Shown: piece after piece, positions 50,508 to 58,309 of the stretch
How positions within the stretch are numbered: the stretch's first letter is position 1
Layout: the number at the start of each line of letters is the position of its first letter
Source of the DNA: an uncultured virus (IMG/VR IMGVR_UViG_3300009370_000022)
Taxonomy: Duplodnaviria > Heunggongvirae > Uroviricota > Caudoviricetes
IMG/VR virus record: IMGVR_UViG_3300009370_000022
Strand: one strand, 5' to 3'
Length of the DNA: 64,000 bases
The notes under the pieces: generated by a model
Seen by the model: the letters and a program-made list of their open reading frames with translations, nothing else
The model's database searches: none
Told to the model about the DNA's origin: nothing
Program-made: the position numbers and the translations under genes

Positions 50508-51646
50508 TATATGTCCCTGCTTCTTCCTGAAAGTGGTATGTCCATTAATCCACCCCGAGCTAAACCATAAGCTTTTACTTTTCCACCTGGTCCAACTCTG
50601 CTTGAAGTTCTTGCTACGTTTTGAGCTCTAGTTGTACGTGCTGGAGTGCTTTTTAAAAATGCACCTCCTGTTGGTTCTTCTTGTCTACCTGGACCAGCTT
50701 GAGTTACGTCTCCAGTTGCGCCACCTTTATAATCAAGGCCATGATACCAGTGAGTAGGTGCTCGTCCGCTTTCATAACTCTTTTTGTATTTTTTGTGTTT
50801 TGCAACTTGATCAAAATATCTGTTTACTAGTGGTTTAATTCGTTTCAAATAATTGTTCACGGCTCCCACAGAGCCTAGTTGATCAATCATATATTTTTTA
50901 CTTAAATCACTTCTGCTTGTACCAAACCAAATATCTGTAAAATTATCTGATTCTTCTTCATCAGGATTCATCATCTTTGCTCTTTCTATATCCCTAGCTC
51001 TGGTAAAAAATTCACCCATCTCATGGTCAGAAAGTTTATGCGGCCCATATCCAATTTCTATACCTTTTGCTTCATCAGCAATAGGTTTAAAACCACGTTG
51101 TGTATCTAAACCATGTGCAACCTCATGACTTAGTATATCTGTTATATATTTATTTATATCTGCCTGATTTGCTGTTTGGTTTCTACTTGAAGTAGTCATA
51201 TTACCCTCAACAATGTCTGTCATTCCAAAATCTTTTATTGGTCCAGGATACCAATCAGGAGCAGGAGACAGTTCATTTCTAGGTGAAGTAGGAAAAGTTC
51301 CATAAGCTTCCATCAGCTTGGGTTTTATTGCTTGGCGCGCACCATAACTCGATCCGTGAGGAAACGAACCAGCTGGCAGAAGTTCAACATTTAAAGGTTG
51401 ATAAGGGTCTTCTACATCCCATTGTGAATAACTTGTTTTATCGGTATCAAAATCATAATCTTGGGAATAATAATTTTCACCTTCAGGAACAAGAGTTGGG
51501 TCTATCTTATACAAAGGACCTTTTGGTGGACTAAAATAATCTTCAAATTGTAACTCTTGATATGGATAAAGCCCAGCGTCAAATTCTGGATATCCTTGTG
51601 ATTGCAACTCCATAAGTTTATATTGTAAATCTGTAATTCCAGACAT
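50507..51646 (-). CDS. Protein with a HExxH zincin-like motif
   Basis: ILSHEVAHG...EFFTR; C-terminal LARGGL. Confidence 0.65.
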   Translation of the reverse strand: MSGITDLQYKLMELQSQGYPEFDAGLYPYQELQFEDYFSPPKGPLYKIDPTLVPEGENYYSQDYDFDTDKTSYSQWDVEDPYQPLNVELLPAGSFPHGSSYGARQAIKPKLMEAYGTFPTSPRNELSPAPDWYPGPIKDFGMTDIVEGNMTTSSRNQTANQADINKYITDILSHEVAHGLDTQRGFKPIADEAKGIEIGYGPHKLSDHEMGEFFTRARDIERAKMMNPDEEESDNFTDIWFGTSRSDLSKKYMIDQLGSVGAVNNYLKRIKPLVNRYFDQVAKHKKYKKSYESGRAPTHWYHGLDYKGGATGDVTQAGPGRQEEPTGGAFLKSTPARTTRAQNVARTSSRVGPGGKVKAYGLARGGLMDIPLSGRSRDI

Positions 51647-53115
51647 TAATAATACTCCCTTTTCATAGGTTCTCGTTTTTCATCTTTGTAATCTTCCGGG
51701 TGAGGAAGAAAACCGCCTTGTCTGAAGCGCATGATAGCCTGTGTTGTTGAGTCCACAAGGTCATCGTGGTCGCCATAAGGGAATGCTGCGCATTCTTCTA
51801 TGACTTCCTCCGCAAACTTCTGTTCTGGCGCCCATATAATACCACTTTCGAACAAAGGTGCAACTGAATTGACCCTTACGTGCTTGTCATTGCCCTTCGA
51901 TGGTGTGAAGTTCACAACCGGAATATCCATCTGACGAAGTTCGTGAGTCAGCGGAAGGCCCGATGCTTTCGATTCGATAATTACAGTTTCAGGTTGCCAA
52001 TATTTGTACTGTTCCAAGGCCCGTCGTCGAAGTTCCGGGAATTCATAACGACCTTTTAGTGAATCGAGTAAAATTAAGTTCAAAGGAGAGTCTTCATTTG
52101 GGTAAAAAACGCCCCAAGTCGTAATTGCACTAAAATCGGCCGTTTCTTTTTTCATAAATGCAGTATCGTAAGACTGAATTACGTGTTGAAGCGTTGGAAT
52201 CCAATCTTTATCCCATTTTCGCCACCATTCTCGCTTAATTATTGCTCCTTCTTCAGAAGTGGGTCCTTGCATCCACTGTGCATTCCATTTTGCAACCGGA
52301 AGAGTTGCTTTAACTTTCTCTAATTCGTCCTGATTCCAGTATTCTGGCCACATTGGTTTTCCATCTTCCATGATTGCCGGAAATTCGATTACTTCCCATT
52401 GGTCTGCTTTAACTTCTTTTTGATTTTTTAGTAACATTCCCGTTAAATCTTTAGTACTCCAACGAGTCATTACACAAACGATAGATCCCCCTGGTTGAAG
52501 ACGTTGACGTGGTCCAGAAGTATACCATTCATACGCACTTTCTAACTTAGTTTCGCTTAATGCATCTTGTTCAGAATGAGGATCGTCAATAATTAATAAA
52601 TCAGCACCCCGGCCGGTGATGGCACCGCCGACTCCAGCAGCGAAATACTCGCCGCCTTGTGCTGTCTCCCACCTCCCAGCGGCTTTGGAGTCCTCTTGTA
52701 ATTTTGTAATAAAAATTTTTTTATATTCTTCGGAATCAATTAAGTGTTTTGCCTTACGACCAAAACGAATTGCTAATTCTCCAGTGTGAGTTGCTTGAAT
52801 GATTTTTAATTTTGGATTACGGCCCACCATCCACGATGGCAGAAGATAAGACGCAAATTCTGATTTTGTATGTCTTGGTGGCATATTGATGATTAATCGC
52901 TTAATTTCACCAGTAGCCAACTTATTAAATTTTTCTGCGACGTGTCTGTGATGAGCACCCTCAATAAAATCAGGCCATACACACTTTACAAAGCTCAAAA
53001 AATCACTTTTAGCTTTATTCTGTATCTTTTTTTCAGCATGCATTACCTGATAACGCTTATAGGTCTTCCGGACATCCGCAGGTAATTTTGAAATATCTAC
53101 ATTATCTAGGTTCAT
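51646..53115 (-). CDS. terL: Terminase large subunit
   Basis: NMPPRHTKS, LIIDDP, SYDTA..ADFSA, HDDLVD. Confidence 0.95.
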   Translation of the reverse strand: MNLDNVDISKLPADVRKTYKRYQVMHAEKKIQNKAKSDFLSFVKCVWPDFIEGAHHRHVAEKFNKLATGEIKRLIINMPPRHTKSEFASYLLPSWMVGRNPKLKIIQATHTGELAIRFGRKAKHLIDSEEYKKIFITKLQEDSKAAGRWETAQGGEYFAAGVGGAITGRGADLLIIDDPHSEQDALSETKLESAYEWYTSGPRQRLQPGGSIVCVMTRWSTKDLTGMLLKNQKEVKADQWEVIEFPAIMEDGKPMWPEYWNQDELEKVKATLPVAKWNAQWMQGPTSEEGAIIKREWWRKWDKDWIPTLQHVIQSYDTAFMKKETADFSAITTWGVFYPNEDSPLNLILLDSLKGRYEFPELRRRALEQYKYWQPETVIIESKASGLPLTHELRQMDIPVVNFTPSKGNDKHVRVNSVAPLFESGIIWAPEQKFAEEVIEECAAFPYGDHDDLVDSTTQAIMRFRQGGFLPHPEDYKDEKREPMKREYY

Positions 53116-53130
53116 AGGAGTCCCAATAAG

Positions 53131-53159
53131 TTTTTAACAGCTATGACACTCTAAATCAA
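53131..53159 (-). promoter_or_regulatory. Promoter for the terL/morphogenesis operon
   Basis: TTGATT-17-TAAAAA with a TGn extension. Confidence 0.5.
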
Positions 53160-53253
53160 GCCATAAAGAGAAAAGCAGTGGGACCCCTTTTTAAAAAAAG
53201 GTTTTTAAGGTTAGGGTGGGGGGATTTTTGGAGCTGGGCCGGGGCCCGATATG

Positions 53254-53281
53254 AAAAGCAGGGCGCGTTAGCGCCCTGCTT
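53254..53281 (-). terminator. Intrinsic terminator of the leftward early genes
   Basis: AAGCAGGGCGC-TAAC-GCGCCCTGCTT followed by T residues on the minus strand. Confidence 0.8.
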
Positions 53282-53292
53282 AGGGTTGATGA

Positions 53293-53532
53293 TTAGTCTA
53301 GCAAGACCATGTAAGCTTTGGCATTGTGTCTACGAAACCAATCAATGTTCTTACGAACAGTGTTCCAGTGTCTACTTGCACCGTAACCATGTAACTTGTC
53401 ATCAGCAGTTGCTAACATCTCAGCTACAAATAACTCGTCATGTTTCTTTGCCTCTTCATCAGTTAACTGAATAGATTCACCATTAAATCTATTTGATCTG
53501 ATGTTATGTGTTTGTGTGTTTGTTTTATTCAT
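53293..53532 (-). CDS. Hypothetical early protein
   Basis: C-terminal DWFRRHNAKAYMVLLD; has its own promoter. Confidence 0.7.
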   Translation of the reverse strand: MNKTNTQTHNIRSNRFNGESIQLTDEEAKKHDELFVAEMLATADDKLHGYGASRHWNTVRKNIDWFRRHNAKAYMVLLD

Positions 53533-53538
53533 ATGGTT

Positions 53539-53566
53539 ATCCTACATTATCCATTGTTATTGTCAA
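53539..53566 (-). promoter_or_regulatory. sigma70-like promoter
   Basis: TTGACA-16-TAGGAT. Confidence 0.7.
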
Positions 53567-53915
53567 CTGATTTGATTGTAGTTCTTGTTGCCATATATGG
53601 TACTCGTCGTTCCTTACCAAAGTCATATCTTTCGCTTTCGTACTTTTCTTTCTCAACTTTGATTGGAGTTTCAAGAGCCTCGCGCCTTGGTGCAATGTTA
53701 GCAATAGTTGTTGCATGTAATTTTAAGAAATCATGTAGACATCTATTATTACAAAAATAATCCCAAATATTAGGCTGCTCGTCGCCGGAGTAATTATATC
53801 TGCCCCATTTAATTTTAATAGTTCTTAAAACTTTATTTGTACCTGAGCCACGAACTCTTGATTGTGTTTGTTGAGTATGACACTCAGGACCATGACACCA
53901 ATTATAGTTGCTCAT
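53547..53915 (-). CDS. Hypothetical Cys-containing (Zn-binding-like) protein
   Basis: CHGPEC...FCNNRC; start at MSNYNW with a GGAGAGG RBS. Confidence 0.7.
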   Translation of the reverse strand: MSNYNWCHGPECHTQQTQSRVRGSGTNKVLRTIKIKWGRYNYSGDEQPNIWDYFCNNRCLHDFLKLHATTIANIAPRREALETPIKVEKEKYESERYDFGKERRVPYMATRTTIKSVDNNNG

Positions 53916-54069
53916 TATTTTTCCTCTCCAAGTTATTATCAATATACAAAACCACATCACCTAATCTTAATTGTAGCTTGCCGATAACTTTTTCAAGTGT
54001 AAATATTCTTCTCTCTAACTTATCAACTATATTAAAAAGTGTTTTAATTTCTTCTTTAGATTTATTCAT
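53902..54069 (-). CDS. Small coiled-coil protein (55 aa), not in the ORF track
   Basis: MNKSKEEIKTLFNIVDKLERR...; ATGA overlap. Confidence 0.6.
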   Translation of the reverse strand: MNKSKEEIKTLFNIVDKLERRIFTLEKVIGKLQLRLGDVVLYIDNNLERKNNEQL

Positions 54070-54293
54070 GCTTTCCTCACACTATAATTTACTGCTGTTC
54101 TTGGGTGTTCACTATCAATATCCCAAAAGTTATAACAAGGATTTCCTTTTAAATCTGTCCATTGTTTTGATTTAAATGTTGTGAAATCGCCACTCCACTT
54201 GTCCTCGTATTCGTATTCATCAACACCTCTACAAGTCGCAAATTTATTTCTAGATTTCATAAACCAAGAAAAGTATTTTATTTGTTTTGTCAT
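54066..54293 (-). CDS. Hypothetical early protein
   Basis: Downstream of the promoter at 54323-54352. Confidence 0.65.
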   Translation of the reverse strand: MTKQIKYFSWFMKSRNKFATCRGVDEYEYEDKWSGDFTTFKSKQWTDLKGNPCYNFWDIDSEHPRTAVNYSVRKA

Positions 54294-54316
54294 CTGTATT
54301 TCTTCTTTCTGTTAAT

Positions 54317-54352
54317 GAGGTTATCCTATCATAAATAGGATAACCTCGTCAA
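54317..54352 (-). promoter_or_regulatory. Promoter overlapped by a perfect 13-bp inverted repeat
   Basis: GAGGTTATCCTAT-CATAA-ATAGGATAACCTC; TTGACG-18-TAGGAT. Confidence 0.7.
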
Positions 54353-54355
54353 GTG

Positions 54356-55357
54356 TTAATTTACACTTGCATTTTGTTGTTGCTCGTACAACATTCTAGC
54401 CTTTATTTTATCCTCTCTTGTTTGGTTTTTGTTTTTCATACCTTTAATCCTATCAGCTAGGTTTTTAGGATTATATATAACAAGTCCGGTTGAGTTTGTT
54501 CTGATTATTTCTGCGTCAGAAATATTCAAACCAAGTTCTGTCGCTAACTCAATAGCCTCGTCAAGATATTTATAACCTTTTAGACCAATTTTAATTTCTT
54601 TCATCTGATCTAAAATACTTTTTATCCAATTTCTATGTGCCATAACAAATTGACCTTTGGCTTGTTTCCATTGTTTAAGCATTAAAAATTGTTGTTCATT
54701 ACAAGCAATAGAACGATCTCTACAATATTCTCTACCAATTAAATCTAATTGGTATTTTTCATTCCATTGTTTGCCATATCCACTATCATCACTTCCAAGA
54801 TATTTAGTATTGTTGTCAGTATATTTTGTTAAATGTGGGTTGTTGTCTTTGCCCTCTTGTTCGATCAAAATATCTGGATTGCAATTATCTTGTGCCTTTA
54901 GTTCATCACGATACAAAGCATAGCCATACGCACTATCATCAGAATAACTATCGCTATTATTTTCCATACTACCATTTAGTCTAAAATCAAAATGTTCTTC
55001 AATAGTATCTTGTTTCATGATTGGATTGTTGTCATAATCTCTATCTTCTTTCATACCTAAATAATGAAAATGAAAGCAACTATCTTTCGCAATAGTCGAA
55101 ACATTCTCAAATTTATTCTGTAAGTGATATGCCATTTTGACATCTTCTGGAGTATAATGTTTTCTGACAATAGTTTCTGCTAAATTCCACGCATTGTCAT
55201 TTAACTCAATTTGATCTGCTTTGAGTTCATCATACTTTGTTTTTTCTTGTGTTGGTTCTTGTTCCAAGTGTACTCGCATACGATTTGCGATTTTATTTCT
55301 ATACTCTTGGTTTAGTCTTATTCTACTCATTTTTGCCTTTCTGTTTTTATTTTGCAT
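54356..55357 (-). CDS. Hypothetical early protein (333 aa)
   Basis: Long ORF; no motif recognised. Confidence 0.8.
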   Translation of the reverse strand: MQNKNRKAKMSRIRLNQEYRNKIANRMRVHLEQEPTQEKTKYDELKADQIELNDNAWNLAETIVRKHYTPEDVKMAYHLQNKFENVSTIAKDSCFHFHYLGMKEDRDYDNNPIMKQDTIEEHFDFRLNGSMENNSDSYSDDSAYGYALYRDELKAQDNCNPDILIEQEGKDNNPHLTKYTDNNTKYLGSDDSGYGKQWNEKYQLDLIGREYCRDRSIACNEQQFLMLKQWKQAKGQFVMAHRNWIKSILDQMKEIKIGLKGYKYLDEAIELATELGLNISDAEIIRTNSTGLVIYNPKNLADRIKGMKNKNQTREDKIKARMLYEQQQNASVN

Positions 55358-55363
55358 GATTTG

Positions 55364-55402
55364 AAATTAACACTTGACATTTATTCTGTCAAGCATTAAA
55401 TA
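55364..55402. promoter_or_regulatory. Overlapping divergent promoters
   Basis: TTGACA...TGTCAA inverted pair; minus TTGACA-17-TAATTT, plus TTGACA-17-TAAATA. Confidence 0.6.
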
Positions 55403-55409
55403 GGATTAA

Positions 55410-55897
55410 TTAATTATGTATGAGAACTGATGGAATTCTAGGTTGTACGCCTCTGATTAATTGGGACAACTTCTGGTTGTAGTACGTCACACCGACATTA
55501 GCCGTCCGTCTTCGTGCTATGAACTAGAACTGATCCCTGATCGCTGTTAGCTCAATGGCAGAATTTCGAATTCACCAATAGTCCAGCGATCTGGGATCAG
55601 ATGTTGTAACTGCTGGATTTAAACGGCTATAGTACAGGTTGCAAGCGAAGTCACGCTGGCTATCAGTGTAGCTACGGAGGTAGCCTGCCTGCACAGGACA
55701 ACAACTGATCCCTGGTCCATATTATTAGTTGCCAGTAGCAGATCTCAATGTGGTTGCGAAGAGTATGGGCCTGGGATCAGGAATAATGAGAAAAAATCAG
55801 CTGTCTGCGGCCGGCCTAAACATTCAGCCAGGTTTTGCTCATACGTGTTCTATAGTAAGCACGTATGGGTTAGTATGAAATTTTTAACCCGGCCGGA
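55410..55897 (+). ncRNA. Candidate structured non-coding RNA (multi-hairpin)
   Basis: No ORF of 60 aa or more; GC-richer than the flanks; at least five stems, with G-U pairs on the plus strand. Confidence 0.6.
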
Positions 55898-55911
55898 ATT
55901 TTAAAAAGCTT

Positions 55912-55959
55912 CAAGCAACGAGCAACAAGCTTGACAGGACCTGTAGGATAGTATAGGAT
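55912..55959 (+). promoter_or_regulatory. Promoter with upstream heptamer repeats
   Basis: CAAGCAA CGAGCAA CAAGC then TTGACA-17-TAGGAT. Confidence 0.8.
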
Positions 55960-56033
55960 GTAATTGATGACCTCGTTTGGTGCTTTTCCGGTCGATAAAT
56001 TTGCCAAAGCACCACAACAAATAAAGGAGAAAT

Positions 56034-56216
56034 ATGAAAACAAAAAAATATAGAATACAGATGGACTTCGAAGGAATGCAGCATGAGCTGCAGCCCTACG
56101 ACGGCCTGATTGTAGAAGCAGAAGACGAAGACCAGGCAGAACGTCTTCTATTAAAAAAGATTAAAGATGATGACGTTAGCCCGCTTCCATACTTTGGGAT
56201 CTCAGATGAAGAGTAG
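56034..56216 (+). CDS. Small acidic early protein
   Basis: AAGGAG RBS; VEAEDEDQA motif. Confidence 0.75.
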   Translation: MKTKKYRIQMDFEGMQHELQPYDGLIVEAEDEDQAERLLLKKIKDDDVSPLPYFGISDEE

Positions 56217-56226
56217 ATTTAAGCCT

Positions 56227-56274
56227 GAAGCAACAAGCAGCAAGCTTGACAGCTGGTCCCGGAGATGATAGGAT
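56227..56274 (+). promoter_or_regulatory. Promoter with upstream heptamer repeats
   Basis: GAAGCAA CAAGCAG CAAGC then TTGACA-17-TAGGAT. Confidence 0.8.
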
Positions 56275-56292
56275 GGATTTAGAAAGGAATAT

Positions 56293-56469
56293 ATGACTGA
56301 ACTTGAAAAACTTAAAAAAATGCTAGTAGACGCTCACAACGAGCTACGAGCACGTAAACAAAAAAACACACCAACATTTGGCGCAATGATGTTTATGCTG
56401 GAGGCCATCGTCCAGTGTAACAAAGCAATAGGAGAAAAAAATGACCAGAATAAGATCCAATCACAATAA
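56293..56469 (+). CDS. Small protein (58 aa), not in the ORF track
   Basis: MTELEKLKKMLVDAHNEL...; AAAGGA RBS. Confidence 0.65.
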   Translation: MTELEKLKKMLVDAHNELRARKQKNTPTFGAMMFMLEAIVQCNKAIGEKNDQNKIQSQ

Positions 56470-56617
56470 TTTATTAAATTATTTCATCCATGATAAGCAG
56501 GACCTGAGTCCTGCTTACGTGCGCAGCTGTGAAAAGTTTTTTAAAAGCCTGAAGTCTCAAGCAGCAAGCCGCAAGCCGCAAGCGCCACGAAAAAGACACA
56601 ATCATGAATTAAAATAA
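56441..56617 (+). CDS. Small protein (58 aa), not in the ORF track
   Basis: MTRIRSNHNNLLNYF...; AGGAG RBS; C-terminus encoded by the heptamer repeat. Confidence 0.6.
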   Translation: MTRIRSNHNNLLNYFIHDKQDLSPAYVRSCEKFFKSLKSQAASRKPQAPRKRHNHELK

Positions 56618-56628
56618 AATTAGAAAGT

Positions 56629-57225
56629 ATGAAAGTTAAAGAAGCTCAAGCAATCACCGGGTCCATGACCCGCACGTCTAAGATGCCTGGCCTAAGCTAC
56701 AGCCTGCCAGCATGGGAATGCCAAACGGGCTCTAAGCTCCGGAAGGTTAAAGGCACGCCCTGCTATGGCTGTTATGCCCTGAAAGGAAATTATTTAAGAT
56801 ATCCAGCAATTAAGAAGGCACAGTACTACAGGCTGGCAAGCCTGGTCCATGACTCATGGGTCGTGGCTATGGTTGCACAGGTGAAGAGACAGAAATATTT
56901 TAGATGGCATGACGCCGGAGATGTACAGAGCCCCGAGCATATGAATAAAATTTTAACAGTTTGCAGGTTAACACCTGACACGAAGCACTGGCTGCCAACA
57001 CAGGAGCGCGCGTACCTGCCAGATCCTGAAGAGGTGCCCGTTAACCTGGTGATCAGGTTGTCAGGGTCGAAGGTCGATGGACCACCACCGACGGCCTGGG
57101 CTCATACATCATCAGTCGTAACGAAGGGCGCAACATGCCCCGCGCCTCAACAGGGCGGCAAGTGTAAAGAATGCAGGGCCTGCTGGACAAAATCAATTAA
57201 AAATGTAAGTTACGGAAAACATTAA
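56629..57225 (+). CDS. Gp88-like, Cys-rich radical-SAM-related protein
   Basis: C-x13-CYGCYA, FRWHDAGD, HWLPT, C-terminal C..C.ACW. Confidence 0.75.
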   Translation: MKVKEAQAITGSMTRTSKMPGLSYSLPAWECQTGSKLRKVKGTPCYGCYALKGNYLRYPAIKKAQYYRLASLVHDSWVVAMVAQVKRQKYFRWHDAGDVQSPEHMNKILTVCRLTPDTKHWLPTQERAYLPDPEEVPVNLVIRLSGSKVDGPPPTAWAHTSSVVTKGATCPAPQQGGKCKECRACWTKSIKNVSYGKH

Positions 57226-57227
57226 TC

Positions 57228-57407
57228 ATGACACATGTATTCAAACACCCGAAGTACTGGGCAGAGTTAAGAAAAACATACAAGCAAGCACGGACCAACG
57301 AGCAACGAGCGAGCACCGATCAACAAGCGAGCAAAGTCTCGAGCACCGTGGACCACGAAGCACGAGCAACGGACGAGCAAGCAAAGCCTTCCCTTAAAAG
57401 ATCCTGA
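57228..57407 (+). CDS. Small protein (59 aa) running into a repeat tract
   Basis: MTHVFKHPKYWAELRK...; overlaps the VRR-NUC gene convergently. Confidence 0.45.
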   Translation: MTHVFKHPKYWAELRKTYKQARTNEQRASTDQQASKVSSTVDHEARATDEQAKPSLKRS

Positions 57408-57685
57408 ATCTTGGACCCTGGAACAAGTATCAAGCACCCTTGACCAAGGTGCTTGGCTAAGATGAAAGTATTCTTAGGATGTGTTGTATGAAAAGCAATT
57501 TGATGTGGAGAAAATCTTATTTTGTTACTCTTCGTAACTTTTAATTCTATTGTGAAAAAGGTGCCAGAATCATTATAGCCCAATAAATCAGGAACACCAA
57601 CGCCAGCGAAATTTTCAATTCTTGTCCACTTAATTTGAGGACAATTTTTCTTAAGTTCGTGCCATAATTTTCTTTCGGGAGCCAT
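57320..57685 (-). CDS. VRR-NUC/Holliday-junction-resolvase-like nuclease
   Basis: GVPDLL...IELKV...SPHQIAFH. Confidence 0.85.
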   Translation of the reverse strand: MAPERKLWHELKKNCPQIKWTRIENFAGVGVPDLLGYNDSGTFFTIELKVTKSNKIRFSPHQIAFHTTHPKNTFILAKHLGQGCLILVPGSKIQDLLREGFACSSVARASWSTVLETLLAC

Positions 57686-57700
57686 TTCATTTCAAAGTAA

Positions 57701-57928
57701 TTAAAGCTTAGTAATGACTTTACCAGGAGAAGCAATTTCCTTATTAATCCGAATAACAACCCGGTGGGTTTCCCTCACTCCAATGATTTTATTCTCTGCC
57801 AAAAATATTTGACCAATATCCCACATCGTACCATCAGGAGTTTCTACTGAAACTCTAGCGTCCATAGCTACAGGGCTACCATCATTAAACTTTCTAATTA
57901 TCTTTTCTAATTCTTGCGACTTCAACAT
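57701..57928 (-). CDS. Hypothetical protein
   Basis: TAATG-coupled in the operon. Confidence 0.65.
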   Translation of the reverse strand: MLKSQELEKIIRKFNDGSPVAMDARVSVETPDGTMWDIGQIFLAENKIIGVRETHRVVIRINKEIASPGKVITKL

Positions 57929-58209
57929 TACAATCCACCAGATTTTCTAAATCTATCTACTTGATCTTCTACTTGTTTAGCCAACCTTCTATTATCCTCT
58001 CTTAACTCTCCATTTAATTTCTGATGAGATTTATTAATTTCTTCTAGATCTTTTACTCTCTTTTGGAGAACTCTATTCTTATACTCAAGTTCTCGATAAG
58101 CAATCTCATCCATAGTATTTAAAGAGCGACTCTTTTTAAAATTTTTAATAGAGGTTTTTAAAATCTCTTTTTGCTTTTCTAATTGGTCTATTCTTTCTTC
58201 TAAATCCAT
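57928..58209 (-). CDS. Coiled-coil protein
   Basis: Heptad pattern; HQKLNGELR. Confidence 0.7.
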   Translation of the reverse strand: MDLEERIDQLEKQKEILKTSIKNFKKSRSLNTMDEIAYRELEYKNRVLQKRVKDLEEINKSHQKLNGELREDNRRLAKQVEDQVDRFRKSGGL

Positions 58210-58210
58210 A

Positions 58211-58245
58211 CTTGACTTTTACTTTAATTTACTATAAAAGTCAAG
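58211..58245. promoter_or_regulatory. Symmetric bidirectional promoter
   Basis: CTTGACTTTTA...TAAAAGTCAAG gives TTGACT-17-TAAAAG on both strands. Confidence 0.65.
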
Positions 58246-58248
58246 CTT

Positions 58249-58298
58249 GGTCTTGTTTGGATGGACTCCACCACACGAAGTTCAAACAAGGCCTTTTT
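58249..58298 (+). terminator. Terminator-like leader hairpin upstream of terS
   Basis: GGTCTTGTTTGGA pairs with TTCAAACAAGGCC, then TTTTT. Confidence 0.6.
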
Positions 58299-58309
58299 AA
58301 TGGAGGAAT

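Noticed and set aside
53178..53474. 98-aa plus-strand ORF
   Set aside because: It spans the G-tract and terminator and lies antisense to a better-supported gene.
55485..55493. CGTCACACC, identical to a 16S rRNA helix-44 word
   Set aside because: A 9-nt match is expected by chance and has no supporting context.
55543..55577. tRNA-like words TAGCTCAATGGCAGA...TTCGAAT...ACCA inside a hairpin head
   Set aside because: Only about 35 nt, with no anticodon arm or acceptor stem, and TTCGAAT is part of a local palindrome. Not a tRNA; mimicry is unproven.
55410..55897. CRISPR, TIGR-like array or hammerhead ribozyme
   Set aside because: No regular repeat-spacer period, no cas or Nop-domain gene recognised, and no CUGAUGA/GAAA core in a suitable fold.
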